The notes: generated by a model not told the origin, from the sequence alone. A DNA stretch of 64,000 bases from an uncultured Methanomicrobiales archaeon (GCA_963697895.1 OY969100.1:384001-448000); one strand, 5' to 3'; shown: positions 19,494-29,561, counted from the first letter of the stretch. Numbers and translations: made by a program.

Positions 19494-19936
19494 GAACTTT
19501 TCTATTTTCATTGGATCGAATCCGTCACACAGATGGACTTTCTTGGCCGGATTAAGTAAAAAAGGAGTCTCTACCTGAACGAAGCTTGAGCGCATATTAA
19601 TTCATTTTAATGGACATCATTAACAATGATATATTTTCGATTAATTTAAGAAACAGGGATGAATCAAACGAGATCGCCAAAGTTTTCTTGTTTTCTGTTA
19701 TAATCCTCTGCGCCAATGATCTGGATTAGTCTCCTAAATTCCAAAATGTTTATTAAATATTGAGGGGAGTATTCAATTAACGCCGACAATTCCATTCGAT
19801 GGCACTGACTAAGGGGGTAACGTGCCAGCACAGATTGACTGTGATGTGGTCTTGATGTGAACAGTATATTCTGGGCGGGATGTTAGTTTACTGAATCGGA
19901 TTTCAGCATTTACAGAATGTTAAGGAGGACTAAAAA

Positions 19937-20842
19937 ATGACATATACCTGTACACCATGTCCATCGGACTATACCTACTACAAAACCAGGAATAATGGTG
20001 AAGTTGAAGCACCCATCCAGGGAAATGTGAATAACTGCTCATTCATGGCATCACTTATTGCAGTTTCGTGGGTGACTGGATTTCAATCTGCAGCCTTTTT
20101 GCCCGTTACAAGTTGGCCAAAGAAAGTTGATCTAAATTCGAGTCCTAAAAGATATCAGATCCCATTTTGGAATGCACCCGGTACTGCTGGTCTGAACAGC
20201 ACGGAATTCTGGGTATCTGAAAAATTCTGGATGGATGAAAATAAAAATTTCAAATATGGACATTCATCCGAATTAAAAGAACTATGGCCAGCGGTAATGG
20301 AAAAAGCATTTGCAAACTTCATTCAGGCTGATAAAACCAAGGACATGGACGATATGTCGCAAATTGGCTGGTCATCGTTCGATTCGCCTCCCCTGATGAC
20401 CCTCTCGGGATGGACTCCAAACACGCCTAAAACAACAGCTGGGAAGACCGGGGACACTCTCTATTCAGAGATCGGAGGGAAGACCAGTGGAAAGAAAACA
20501 ACACGTCCGATGATCGGCTGGACAAAAGCAGCTTGTCCCACGGATGCCCAGATGAAGCCGAATCATACATATGCCATTCTTGGAATCTGGTTGAGCGGGA
20601 ACATCAAATATATCGTCCTCCGCAATCCTCTCGGTAAAATGGCAGGAGGAAACACCCCTGGTGCACTTGTCGCAGGTTCCTGGGCTGGTGTGAACGATAC
20701 GTGGTATAATGAAAAGAAGCAAGCCCTGGGAGGACCAGGTCTCATCGATAAAATCTTCGATGTCACCATCGGGCTCTTTGCCCTCCCTGCAGACAAGTTC
20801 CAGGCTTACTTTACCGCGTACACCTGGGTAGGGTTACCCTAA
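19937..20842 (+). CDS. Calpain-like (peptidase C2) cysteine protease
   Basis: QGNVNNC (nucleophile), ELWPAVMEKAFA, NHTYAILG (His), LRNPLG (Asn); strong RBS AAGGAGG; no signal peptide. Confidence 0.8.
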   Translation: MTYTCTPCPSDYTYYKTRNNGEVEAPIQGNVNNCSFMASLIAVSWVTGFQSAAFLPVTSWPKKVDLNSSPKRYQIPFWNAPGTAGLNSTEFWVSEKFWMDENKNFKYGHSSELKELWPAVMEKAFANFIQADKTKDMDDMSQIGWSSFDSPPLMTLSGWTPNTPKTTAGKTGDTLYSEIGGKTSGKKTTRPMIGWTKAACPTDAQMKPNHTYAILGIWLSGNIKYIVLRNPLGKMAGGNTPGALVAGSWAGVNDTWYNEKKQALGGPGLIDKIFDVTIGLFALPADKFQAYFTAYTWVGLP

Positions 20843-20884
20843 AACCCAAATAATTCGAACATCGGTCAAATTAATGGTGAGATC

Positions 20885-23683
20885 ATGAATAAATCGGGGA
20901 CAAAAGCAAGCAAATCGGTTGCAATGCTTCTTTTGATAATCTTGATTACTACCATGTCTGCTTCAGGCGAATTCGTTTATCCGGTTCTGACCGGAACGAT
21001 GACCCCGGTTTCAACAACCCGAACGGATAGCGATCAGACTTTCCCAGCAATTGACAATGATCAAATCGTCTGGCAGACCATCGATTCATTCAATTTCACC
21101 TATGATATTGTCCTTTACAATATCACGAATGGACAGGAGATCATGCTGACGCCTGGCACGGACGATACGGATCAGGTGAACCCGTCTGTATCCGGAAATT
21201 TAGTCGTCTGGGAAGATGGCCGTAATGGTCGGTCGGATATATATCTATATGATCTCTACAATCGACAGCAAATGCCGATAACTGCTAGCACTCCCAATTC
21301 AAATCAGGCTCGACCAGCAATCGATGGGAGAAAAATTGTATGGCAAGATAACAGGAACGACAAATGGGACATTTATCTTGCTGATCTGGATAATTCAAGC
21401 GAGACGAGAATTACCGGCGGCTCAGAGGACAGTGAATTTCCAGACATATCCGAAACCAAGATCGTATGGCAGTCATTAGACGAACTGAACCAGACATACG
21501 ATATCAACATTTATGATAATGAGACGGGTATTACCAGTCTGTTAACCCTAAACACAACGGATTCAAATCAGATGTTCCCCCGGATATGGAAGGATTACGT
21601 CGTCTGGCAGGGGGTGGATGTTGTTAATGGGACAAATGATATATATCTATATGACCTCACAGGAAGCGAGGGAGCAATATGTATTACACCCGATACCGGC
21701 AATTCAAACCAGGAAAGACCTGCTATCGATGAAGGCCGGGTAGTCTGGGAGGATGACAGAGATGGAAACTGGAACATCTATTCTTATGAACTTTCGACCG
21801 GGACCACCTCCACCCTCCCCACTGATACCTATGATAGGACATATCCAGCTATATCCCGGGATCGTATAGTATGGCAGGATATGCATTCTGGTGTATCACA
21901 GATCTACCTGTTCACCATCGGTAATTCGGTTTCCTGTCCCCAGGCTGATTTCGATGTAAACACCTCGATTGGGTCTTTACCTATCACCGTCTATTTTTCA
22001 GATAAATCCACCGGAAACCCGACCAACTGGAACTGGGATTTCGGGGACGGAACGTCAGGAACCGGGATGAATGTTACCCATGTGTACAACAATTCGGGCA
22101 TCTACACCGTCACTCTGACTGTCAGTACTCCCTATTGCCGTAACTCGAAGAGAGTTGAAAACCTCATCACCGCCGGAGACATCCCGGGAGCACAATTTTC
22201 CGTAAACATCACCGAAGGACCTTCTCCGCTGACGGTGGGATTTATCGATGAATCTTCCGGCGAGCCGACCGGTTGGCTCTGGGAATTTGGGGACGGGACG
22301 ACATCGACCGAGCAGAACCCGGAGCACATCTATCCCCCGGGGGTATACACGGTCAGACTAACGAGCAGCAACCAATTCGGAAATGATACCATCGAAAAGG
22401 AAAATCTGATCACGGTTATTAATGGAAATCTGAATCTGATGAATTGGTCCATTCCGGGGTTGGATGTTCAGGAATTTGATGGTAGACAACATATCGTAGT
22501 TAACACAACGCAAATATCCGTTTATTCTTTTAATTATACAGAAATCAACCTTTCCTATCCACAGGGGCATAATCTCCGGTATGTCCGGTTTTATTCTGAA
22601 AATGAGACCGGATTTTTGAAAACGAACAATACAACGATCGAAGGGAATATATCCAGCGTGCACCTTGAAAGTGAAACCCTCGGTCCTGATGGAATCGTCC
22701 AGATCGGGATTAATCCACAATATTTTGATCAGAATGGCTCTCTCTCCCTGACCACGTGGGGGAATATCACCCCCCTGGATCTTGAAGCAGTAAAACAGGC
22801 ATGGTTTAATGTGACCATCGGAGATGTGACAGGTGCAGCATATACCGCCCAGTTTATTAAAAACGGGATGAATCAGACCGGCCCTGCCACCATTCGGATG
22901 GCAGTGAACTCATCATGGATTAAGGAGCAGGAACCTCTCTATGGTATGGAGATCGATTCCGATCCTCAAGGGGCGAATGTATACGTGGATGGTGTATTCA
23001 AAGGGGTAACCCCGACGGTCATTGCAGGTACTACGGCAGGCAGCTACAAAGTGGAGGTAACCAAAAACGGATTCAATGACATCTCCCGAACGGTTTCCTT
23101 GGGGGGTATCCGGATCATCAGAATAGGTGATGACGGGATCTCCGAAGTATTGCCCACCAGATATCTGTACACGGACACAAGAAAAAACCTCGACTACTTT
23201 GAGGCAGATTCACCGGGGGGGTTATCCAAATTTAGCGTAGTGGGTCTCTCCTACTCTGGAAATCCCTTCCAGCTCCTTACCCTCACTATAACCCGGTACA
23301 TCACCGGTGGCGGCGGAGGAGGAGGTGGCGGCGGAGGCGGCTCTCCATCGGGCAGCACAACCACAGCCACCCCATCACCTGCTGCCACTGAATCGTCCAC
23401 GATCTCATCGACAGAAGAGGGAATAAACCTCGAAATCACCCTCACCCCTGAACCAAGCGTACCGCAGGGGGAGCCAACAACCCTAATCCCCGAAGAACCA
23501 GCGACTCCGGTCCCGACTCCCACTACACCTCCGCCTCTGGGTCCGCTGGGTATCATACTCGGTATGTTCGGATGGCTGGAAACGATCCTGAAGGGTCGGA
23601 TGGTATTCATCCTCGCTGCAGTGGCCATCACGGTCGTAAGTGTAATTGCCATATGGAAGAAAGGGTATCTCGGACGGGAATGA
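20885..23683 (+). CDS. Cell-surface protein: beta-propeller repeats, 2 PKD, PEGA, Gly/Thr/Pro linker, C-terminal TM anchor
   Basis: Signal peptide; about 7 repeats PAIxGxxIVWxDxR..DIYLY; WDFGDG/WEFGDG PKD motifs; SDPQGANVYVDG PEGA; TM plus basic tail. Confidence 0.88.
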   Translation: MNKSGTKASKSVAMLLLIILITTMSASGEFVYPVLTGTMTPVSTTRTDSDQTFPAIDNDQIVWQTIDSFNFTYDIVLYNITNGQEIMLTPGTDDTDQVNPSVSGNLVVWEDGRNGRSDIYLYDLYNRQQMPITASTPNSNQARPAIDGRKIVWQDNRNDKWDIYLADLDNSSETRITGGSEDSEFPDISETKIVWQSLDELNQTYDINIYDNETGITSLLTLNTTDSNQMFPRIWKDYVVWQGVDVVNGTNDIYLYDLTGSEGAICITPDTGNSNQERPAIDEGRVVWEDDRDGNWNIYSYELSTGTTSTLPTDTYDRTYPAISRDRIVWQDMHSGVSQIYLFTIGNSVSCPQADFDVNTSIGSLPITVYFSDKSTGNPTNWNWDFGDGTSGTGMNVTHVYNNSGIYTVTLTVSTPYCRNSKRVENLITAGDIPGAQFSVNITEGPSPLTVGFIDESSGEPTGWLWEFGDGTTSTEQNPEHIYPPGVYTVRLTSSNQFGNDTIEKENLITVINGNLNLMNWSIPGLDVQEFDGRQHIVVNTTQISVYSFNYTEINLSYPQGHNLRYVRFYSENETGFLKTNNTTIEGNISSVHLESETLGPDGIVQIGINPQYFDQNGSLSLTTWGNITPLDLEAVKQAWFNVTIGDVTGAAYTAQFIKNGMNQTGPATIRMAVNSSWIKEQEPLYGMEIDSDPQGANVYVDGVFKGVTPTVIAGTTAGSYKVEVTKNGFNDISRTVSLGGIRIIRIGDDGISEVLPTRYLYTDTRKNLDYFEADSPGGLSKFSVVGLSYSGNPFQLLTLTITRYITGGGGGGGGGGGGSPSGSTTTATPSPAATESSTISSTEEGINLEITLTPEPSVPQGEPTTLIPEEPATPVPTPTTPPPLGPLGIILGMFGWLETILKGRMVFILAAVAITVVSVIAIWKKGYLGRE
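23306..23342 (+). repeat. GGN trinucleotide tract encoding a poly-Gly linker
   Basis: GGTGGCGGCGGAGGAGGAGGTGGCGGCGGAGGCGGC. Confidence 0.8.
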
Positions 23684-23954
23684 CCGAACTAACCTACTAA
23701 TTTTTAAAAAACCTGTTATAAGAAAGCAGAATTTGTGCGATCTTTGACCAGGAATTCTTTCTGATGATGAAAGAAGCGTCCTGTTTTCCCAAATACATTG
23801 ACAATAAATAATTAAAAAGGAACCGTGACCATAATCGTCACATTCGTTTTGTCGACCAGAACGGATAGTATATTTACCTCGTTGTCGCAGGTACCATTAC
23901 CGTTATCGGCGTCATCGTGATCAGGAAGAGAGGTTGGCCGAAAGCTGATGAATT

Positions 23955-24914
23955 ATGGCTCCACTTCGCTTAAAACGCAGAATTCCGGATATCGAAGGAA
24001 TGAAACAGCGGAATGATATCCGCGGCCTGATCCGGCTCCTGGGCGACCGGAATTTCACCGTTCAGTGGCAGGCAGCAGCAGCGCTCGGAACAATGGGCCA
24101 GGCTCCTATTGACCAGCTGATAAAAGAACTGCATCACCCGGACCGGAATGTCCGGCTCGGGATCATCGAAGCGCTGGGAGATATCCATGCACCTGAGGCG
24201 GTTCCCGCGCTGATCGCACTCCTCGAGTCGGACCGTCGCGCAGAGATCCGCTGGGCGATCACGCTGGCTCTGGGGGACATAGGGGATCAACAGGCAGTAC
24301 CATCCCTTAGGAGAGCGCTCCGCGACCAAGATAAATATGTCAGATATGGTGCTGCCATCGCACTCGACAGACTAAACCAGGTGCCGGATTCGCCTGTTGA
24401 TAAAACGTATTACCTGATAGCGAAACACGAGTGGGAACGGCTGAAAACCGAGAAAGACATATCCGTTGATGCACTGCTCCAATCAACCCGGGAACGGGAT
24501 CCCCAGGTCAGGATTAAGGTGGTAGAGGTAATCGGAGAGTTGAAAGATCCTCTCGCCTGTTCCGCAATCGCTCCGGCGCTCCGGGATCGCGACAGCCGGG
24601 TCCTCTGGAAAGCGGTTACTTCCTTTCAACGATGTGGAGTGTCTCCGTTGTATATGCCAATGGGAGTGGCAAAGCGGCCCCGTTTTGGTAAAAATCCCTG
24701 GGTGGCCGCATTCCTTAATTTCTTCTTTGTCGGTCTCGGGTATAATTATCTTGGGATGTGGTGGGGATTTTTGCTCTTCCAGACGAACATGACTATCGTT
24801 GTCCTCGCTTCCCTGGAGATAGGGCCGCTGATTCCAATGGTTGTTTCCTATTCTGTCTCGTTGCTATTTAGTATCCATTCGTGGTTTATGGCAAGAAACA
24901 TGCAGGTAATTTAA
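23955..24914 (+). CDS. HEAT (PBS-lyase-like) repeat protein with C-terminal TM2-like membrane domain
   Basis: Repeats such as VRLGIIEALG, IRWAITLALG, VRYGAAIAL; C-terminal KNPWVAAFLNFFFVGLGYNYLG. Confidence 0.85.
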   Translation: MAPLRLKRRIPDIEGMKQRNDIRGLIRLLGDRNFTVQWQAAAALGTMGQAPIDQLIKELHHPDRNVRLGIIEALGDIHAPEAVPALIALLESDRRAEIRWAITLALGDIGDQQAVPSLRRALRDQDKYVRYGAAIALDRLNQVPDSPVDKTYYLIAKHEWERLKTEKDISVDALLQSTRERDPQVRIKVVEVIGELKDPLACSAIAPALRDRDSRVLWKAVTSFQRCGVSPLYMPMGVAKRPRFGKNPWVAAFLNFFFVGLGYNYLGMWWGFLLFQTNMTIVVLASLEIGPLIPMVVSYSVSLLFSIHSWFMARNMQVI

Positions 24915-24934
24915 GAAAAAGGAGAGGTGAGTGT

Positions 24935-25888
24935 ATGGCCTGGCTGAAATCCCGAAAAAAACCGGATATTCAGGCGATGAAGGAACGATCTGACCTTCGG
25001 GGGCTCATCAACGCGCTCAGCCATGAAGACCTGCAGGTTCAGACAGATGCTGCACAGGCACTCGGAGAGCTGGGAAATTCGGATCTTACGCAGCTGGTGC
25101 ACGCGTTCCGGCAGCGGAACAAGCATGTAAGGCTGGGTATTATCGAAGTATTTGCGGAATTAAAAGATCCCGGCACATTTGAATTGTTAATCTCGGCGTT
25201 GGGGGATCCTGATAACGAGGTGAGATGGGAAGCAGCCCTCGCTCTTGGCGAATTTGGAAACCCGGATGCTTATGAGCCCCTGAAGAAAGCACTGCGGGAT
25301 CCTGACAAATACGTTCGTTACGGCGCCGCTCTTGCTCTTGAGAAACTGGGATGGGAACCAAAAAAGGATGACCTCGATGCAGCGTATTTCTCCTTCGGGA
25401 AACAGGACTGGGATCGACTGAATGAGCTCAAGGATGCCTCCCTCATCCCCCTGACGCAGGCATCCTGCGACGGGGATGCAGGAATCCGGGCGAAGGCCGT
25501 TGAGGTTCTCGGAGACATCGGTGACCAACGGGCAATACCCTCCTTATATCAATCCCTTAAGGATGAAAATGACAGTGTGCGCTGGAATGCGGTGATTGCT
25601 GCGCCCCGATGTGGGATCGCCCTGATGCATCTTCCCCGGGGTCTCTCCAGACGCCCGCGTATTCGGAAAAACCCTCTCATAGCAGGTTTCTTAAATTTTC
25701 TTCTCCCCGGAATGGGATATCTGTATCTTGGTTTTTGGTGGGGAATTCTGGTTTTCCAGATAGACATAACCGCAACCCTGTGGTTATTTGCACGAAACGA
25801 GCAACTGACATATAGCACAGTATTGCCAATTTACGCCCTGCTTGCCATCCATGCCTGGTTTATGGCGAGGAAGATGCCCGACCTCTAA
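24935..25888 (+). CDS. HEAT repeat protein with C-terminal TM2-like domain (tandem paralog)
   Basis: Same architecture, KNPLIAGFLNFLLPGMGYLYLG; RBS GGAGAGGTGA before ATG 24935. Confidence 0.85.
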   Translation: MAWLKSRKKPDIQAMKERSDLRGLINALSHEDLQVQTDAAQALGELGNSDLTQLVHAFRQRNKHVRLGIIEVFAELKDPGTFELLISALGDPDNEVRWEAALALGEFGNPDAYEPLKKALRDPDKYVRYGAALALEKLGWEPKKDDLDAAYFSFGKQDWDRLNELKDASLIPLTQASCDGDAGIRAKAVEVLGDIGDQRAIPSLYQSLKDENDSVRWNAVIAAPRCGIALMHLPRGLSRRPRIRKNPLIAGFLNFLLPGMGYLYLGFWWGILVFQIDITATLWLFARNEQLTYSTVLPIYALLAIHAWFMARKMPDL

Positions 25889-26940
25889 ACCTGCTCTTCC
25901 CCGCTTCCGATCTCGGTGGACTCTTCCGGTCCCACCAGCTCCCTCCGGAAGATATGGACCCCCCCGATCAACCCGAGGAATATGTTGAAATAGAACAGGA
26001 CTGCACGCCATAGGAGAACAAATATACCGAGTATTGAAGAAGGGATAATCAGAGCATAGAGCGATGTCGCACTGATCTCTGCAAGGCCGGAAGAGCCTGG
26101 CGTCAGGGGGACCATCATGATCACTGCGATGACCAGCTGGAAGAGAAAGGATTCAGCGACAAACGGTGGTTGTGCGAGTCCGACGAGCAGCAGGGAAGCG
26201 ACGAGAAATTCCGATATCCAGAAAAATGCGGTGAAAAAAGAACCGTAAAACAAACCCATAACCGATTTCCCGGTAAAGTGGTTTAGACTCCCGAAGAAGT
26301 TATCGATCTCATCGTCTGCCTTCTTGATCGCTTTTGCTACCGAAGGATGTTTATACCGCCTTTCCACCCAGTGGAGAATCCTGAGTATGATGCTCTTTGT
26401 CCATTCTGGTTTCTTCGCAGAAAAAAACACCAGAATGACAACAGTGGCCATGAACAACCACCCGAGTACCGCCACGATCAGCAGCTCGACCGATAACTGC
26501 CGGATGATACTCCCCAGCAGGATAACTGCAAGGAGTCCCATCACGGTGAGAATGACACCGTCAAGAACCCGCTCCATGATGACGATTGCGGTGGCATCAC
26601 CCACCTTTACATGCTCCCGGTAGAGCTCATGGACACGTACAGGCTCCCCTCCCGCCTGACCGGGGGTGATCGCACCCGCGAGGAGGTTGGCAAGGACGAG
26701 GTTCCAGCAGGCGGAAAATTTTACTTTGTACCCCAGGGAATGGGACATGACCTTAATCCGGCCGGACCAGAAGAGGAGGGACGCGATCCGAAGCAGCACT
26801 GCATAGAACAGGAACCAGGGATCGAGTTTCCGGAGGTAGACCAGTGTATTTTCATCAAAAGTTGTAAGAAGAACAATTGCAATAACGGCGATGCTAAATC
26901 CGATTGAAATCCAGATCCACTTCTTCGGATATGTTTTCAT
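25885..26940 (-). CDS. Flippase-like / lysylphosphatidylglycerol synthase TM-domain protein (UPF0104)
   Basis: ITPGQAGGEPVR, ERVLD, PLTPGSSGLAE, LLWR; polytopic. Confidence 0.87.
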   Translation of the reverse strand: MKTYPKKWIWISIGFSIAVIAIVLLTTFDENTLVYLRKLDPWFLFYAVLLRIASLLFWSGRIKVMSHSLGYKVKFSACWNLVLANLLAGAITPGQAGGEPVRVHELYREHVKVGDATAIVIMERVLDGVILTVMGLLAVILLGSIIRQLSVELLIVAVLGWLFMATVVILVFFSAKKPEWTKSIILRILHWVERRYKHPSVAKAIKKADDEIDNFFGSLNHFTGKSVMGLFYGSFFTAFFWISEFLVASLLLVGLAQPPFVAESFLFQLVIAVIMMVPLTPGSSGLAEISATSLYALIIPSSILGIFVLLWRAVLFYFNIFLGLIGGVHIFRRELVGPEESTEIGSGEEQV

Positions 26941-27212
26941 GGTCTTTTTATTACTCCGGAACTAACCGCGAAGGAGTTCCGATCCAATCTGCATTTCCGG
27001 GAGGTGCCGGAAGCCTTGATACCCTTCGGAACGGCCCGCACAGGCAGGCTCCTTCCAAATCTGGCCTTCTCATCTCTTCTGCGGTTATTATAGTAATAAA
27101 GGAACTCATTTTCGATATAAATATCTCTATTTTCTTAAGAAAGGCGATGACAGACGCAAGATGAAATCGCTCAGTCGTCTCGCCTCATCCACCTGTCCGG
27201 GTTACGGTTTTT

Positions 27213-27848
27213 TTATCGTCGTCTAGTAAATGCTGCTTTACGCTTCTTGATCAGGAACAACCGTGTATGCTCTTCCCGATCGATCTCATCCCGCCTCAAT
27301 TCGATTTCGTTCTTACGACGATAAAGAAGGGGGATTATCTTGAATTCCAGGCTGTTCACCAGCCTCCTTGTTCGTTCGATCTCGATGAGCAGCGTTTTAA
27401 TGCGCCATTCTGCCTCCGCATTTTTAATAATGCGGTCGACGAGCTCTTCATACGCATCTGCAACTTCGTCGATCACCCCTGTTGTCCCTAAAAGACCGTA
27501 TCCGCGTTCGTGCAGCGTCTTTTTTACCATCTTAGGCTTTAGCACCGGGAGATGGACACCAAGAATATTGAGTATATCACTATCAAAGGTAGGATACTCT
27601 TCGATCGAAAATGCAGCAATTGCAATCCCGGTCTCTCCCTCCATCATCGAGGCGACCGCAAGCTGGTCTTCCGCCGCCTGATACTGCACCATTACCTTAT
27701 CCCTCTCTGTTTTCGCATGCGGGACGATCCGGATCAATTCCAGCAAAAGGCCTTCCTCCTTCAGTTTCAGGACACGATGTGCCCGTTCTGCAACGGCAAT
27801 CTGCCGCTTAGTCGCCAGCAGTGCCATTCGGGTCGGGGGGATATCCAT
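27213..27848 (-). CDS. atpD: A/V-type ATP synthase subunit D, second (orphan) copy
   Basis: PTRMALL, LKLKEEGL, NILGVHLP, RGYGLLGT, RRLVNSLEFKIIP; colinear with atpD at 53782. Confidence 0.88.
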   Translation of the reverse strand: MDIPPTRMALLATKRQIAVAERAHRVLKLKEEGLLLELIRIVPHAKTERDKVMVQYQAAEDQLAVASMMEGETGIAIAAFSIEEYPTFDSDILNILGVHLPVLKPKMVKKTLHERGYGLLGTTGVIDEVADAYEELVDRIIKNAEAEWRIKTLLIEIERTRRLVNSLEFKIIPLLYRRKNEIELRRDEIDREEHTRLFLIKKRKAAFTRRR

Positions 27849-27933
27849 AAGGTTCTCACCTGATCGATTACTGGATACAGAGCATCGAGGACGTATCCGG
27901 GGTATTAACTCCTCGTTTCAATGGTAAGTCCCC

Positions 27934-29058
27934 TTACAACACCAAAAAGGTCTGGATCCGTTCTGAAGGAATACCGAATTCCTTCCCCCGTGCAATGGCC
28001 CTCAGGTTGAATACCTCGTATTTTTTGTGTTCAAGATAGGAGAGGATAGGAAGAACGGAGAATGGAAATCGTTTCGAAAGTTTTTCCAGGAGATGCAGTC
28101 TGACTGCCGCTACTGCGATCTCCACCTCGTGAACGGCCCGCTCCCGGGTCTGGAACCGGTCCCAAACCAGTTCAATAGCATCATCCTCATCTATAAGGGG
28201 ATTCTTCTGGAGTTGACGAAGTGCCGCGGTGAGAACAGGCAAAATGTTCGTTTTCTTAAACATCGCGGCAAACTGGTCACGATCATCAAGGGTATACAGT
28301 TTCTCAAAGAAGCCGATAGGGATATCCCCGTCCGGTATAACATTCTCCTCAATCATACCCCGCTCACACCGGCTCTCGCCGCATCTAAGCCGGAGGAGAT
28401 TACGCAGATTCGTAATATCGATCTCGAATCGCACATACCTCGCAAGAATTTCACCCCCTTTTACGCCCACGACTGCATCATTTATCAGATTATAATAAAA
28501 TTCTTTGTACAATGCATTTTCCAGACGGGCAAATGCACCCTTCTCCTCGCACATATTATAATATGTCCGGAGTACCGGATATAAGGGCCAGGCTCGGAGC
28601 GCCTCCACTATCTCCTCGCATGAATTCCGTGACAACAGATGTTCAAGGAACGCCGGGTCGAGCACCCCGGCCGGGATAAGGACCCGTGATACAGTGTCGT
28701 CAGGGATGTGATGTTGTTTACCCCGAAGAATCGTCATAACATTGGCTATATCCCATTTATTTACATATTCTGCGATGAGGTGGTGCAGATACCCAGGGGT
28801 GATGCGCATGATATTCCGGAAGGATTCCGCTAGATTTCTGGATAATGCCGCTTCTATAAGGTCTATTCCTGAAGCGCTTCCTGACAGACTCATTACCTCT
28901 TCACGGTAGGTTCCTTCTCCGATGAAACGGGCGATCTCCGGGAGGCTCATGTTGAGGATACGGCCGTACTCATCACGGGGATAGAGAAGAGTCGCCCGTG
29001 TCTTCAGCCGTGTACAGACGTAAATATAGGAACTGGGAAGGGTGATGGTCCGGATCAT
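27934..29058 (-). CDS. atpC: A/V-type ATP synthase subunit C, second (orphan) copy
   Basis: YIYVCTR, LNMSLPEI, WDIANVMTILRGK, KKYEVFNLRAIARGK; colinear with atpC at 57867. Confidence 0.88.
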   Translation of the reverse strand: MIRTITLPSSYIYVCTRLKTRATLLYPRDEYGRILNMSLPEIARFIGEGTYREEVMSLSGSASGIDLIEAALSRNLAESFRNIMRITPGYLHHLIAEYVNKWDIANVMTILRGKQHHIPDDTVSRVLIPAGVLDPAFLEHLLSRNSCEEIVEALRAWPLYPVLRTYYNMCEEKGAFARLENALYKEFYYNLINDAVVGVKGGEILARYVRFEIDITNLRNLLRLRCGESRCERGMIEENVIPDGDIPIGFFEKLYTLDDRDQFAAMFKKTNILPVLTAALRQLQKNPLIDEDDAIELVWDRFQTRERAVHEVEIAVAAVRLHLLEKLSKRFPFSVLPILSYLEHKKYEVFNLRAIARGKEFGIPSERIQTFLVL

Positions 29059-29226
29059 GGATAGGAATACACTAATGAATGCCTTGATGAACGTTTAGGG
29101 TTTGCGTAATTTTTTTCCCGGATTATATCCGTGTCATTCGATGAAAGTTGAGGGTATTTTACATAAATCCAGTTTTCTGCCGAGGTCACGAAAAACAGAG
29201 AGAACTTATGATTTTAGCGACGTAAT

Positions 29227-29538
29227 TCATTCACCAACATACTCTTCCAGCCGCTTGAGTAGATCCTCTTCGATCTTCAGGATGACTTCACGCGTCCCCC
29301 GGAATGCAAGGAGCTCGCGTTCATCACCGGCCATATTTGCAAAGTACAACCGTTCTTTTCGGGAGACCAGTTCAACATCATAGTTCTTCATGATATCGGA
29401 GATCATCTTTCGCGGCACACCCGGGGGGATCAGCAGATCATAGAGTTCTTTCTTTGTTTCCGGTGATTCAGACGGAACTGGTATCTCTTTACCGGTTATC
29501 CGGCCGCGATCTTCTGGCGACTTGGGTTCTTCTGCCAT
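29227..29538 (-). CDS. Conserved methanogen hypothetical protein
   Basis: MAEEPK...LYDLLIPPGVP...ELLAFRG; directly downstream of marker 14. Confidence 0.7.
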   Translation of the reverse strand: MAEEPKSPEDRGRITGKEIPVPSESPETKKELYDLLIPPGVPRKMISDIMKNYDVELVSRKERLYFANMAGDERELLAFRGTREVILKIEEDLLKRLEEYVGE

Positions 29539-29561
29539 GGTTATCACGCGATTGAAAATAA

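Noticed and set aside
21020-21920. Periodic repeats as a CRISPR or DNA repeat array
   Set aside because: They are degenerate protein-level propeller repeats within an ORF.
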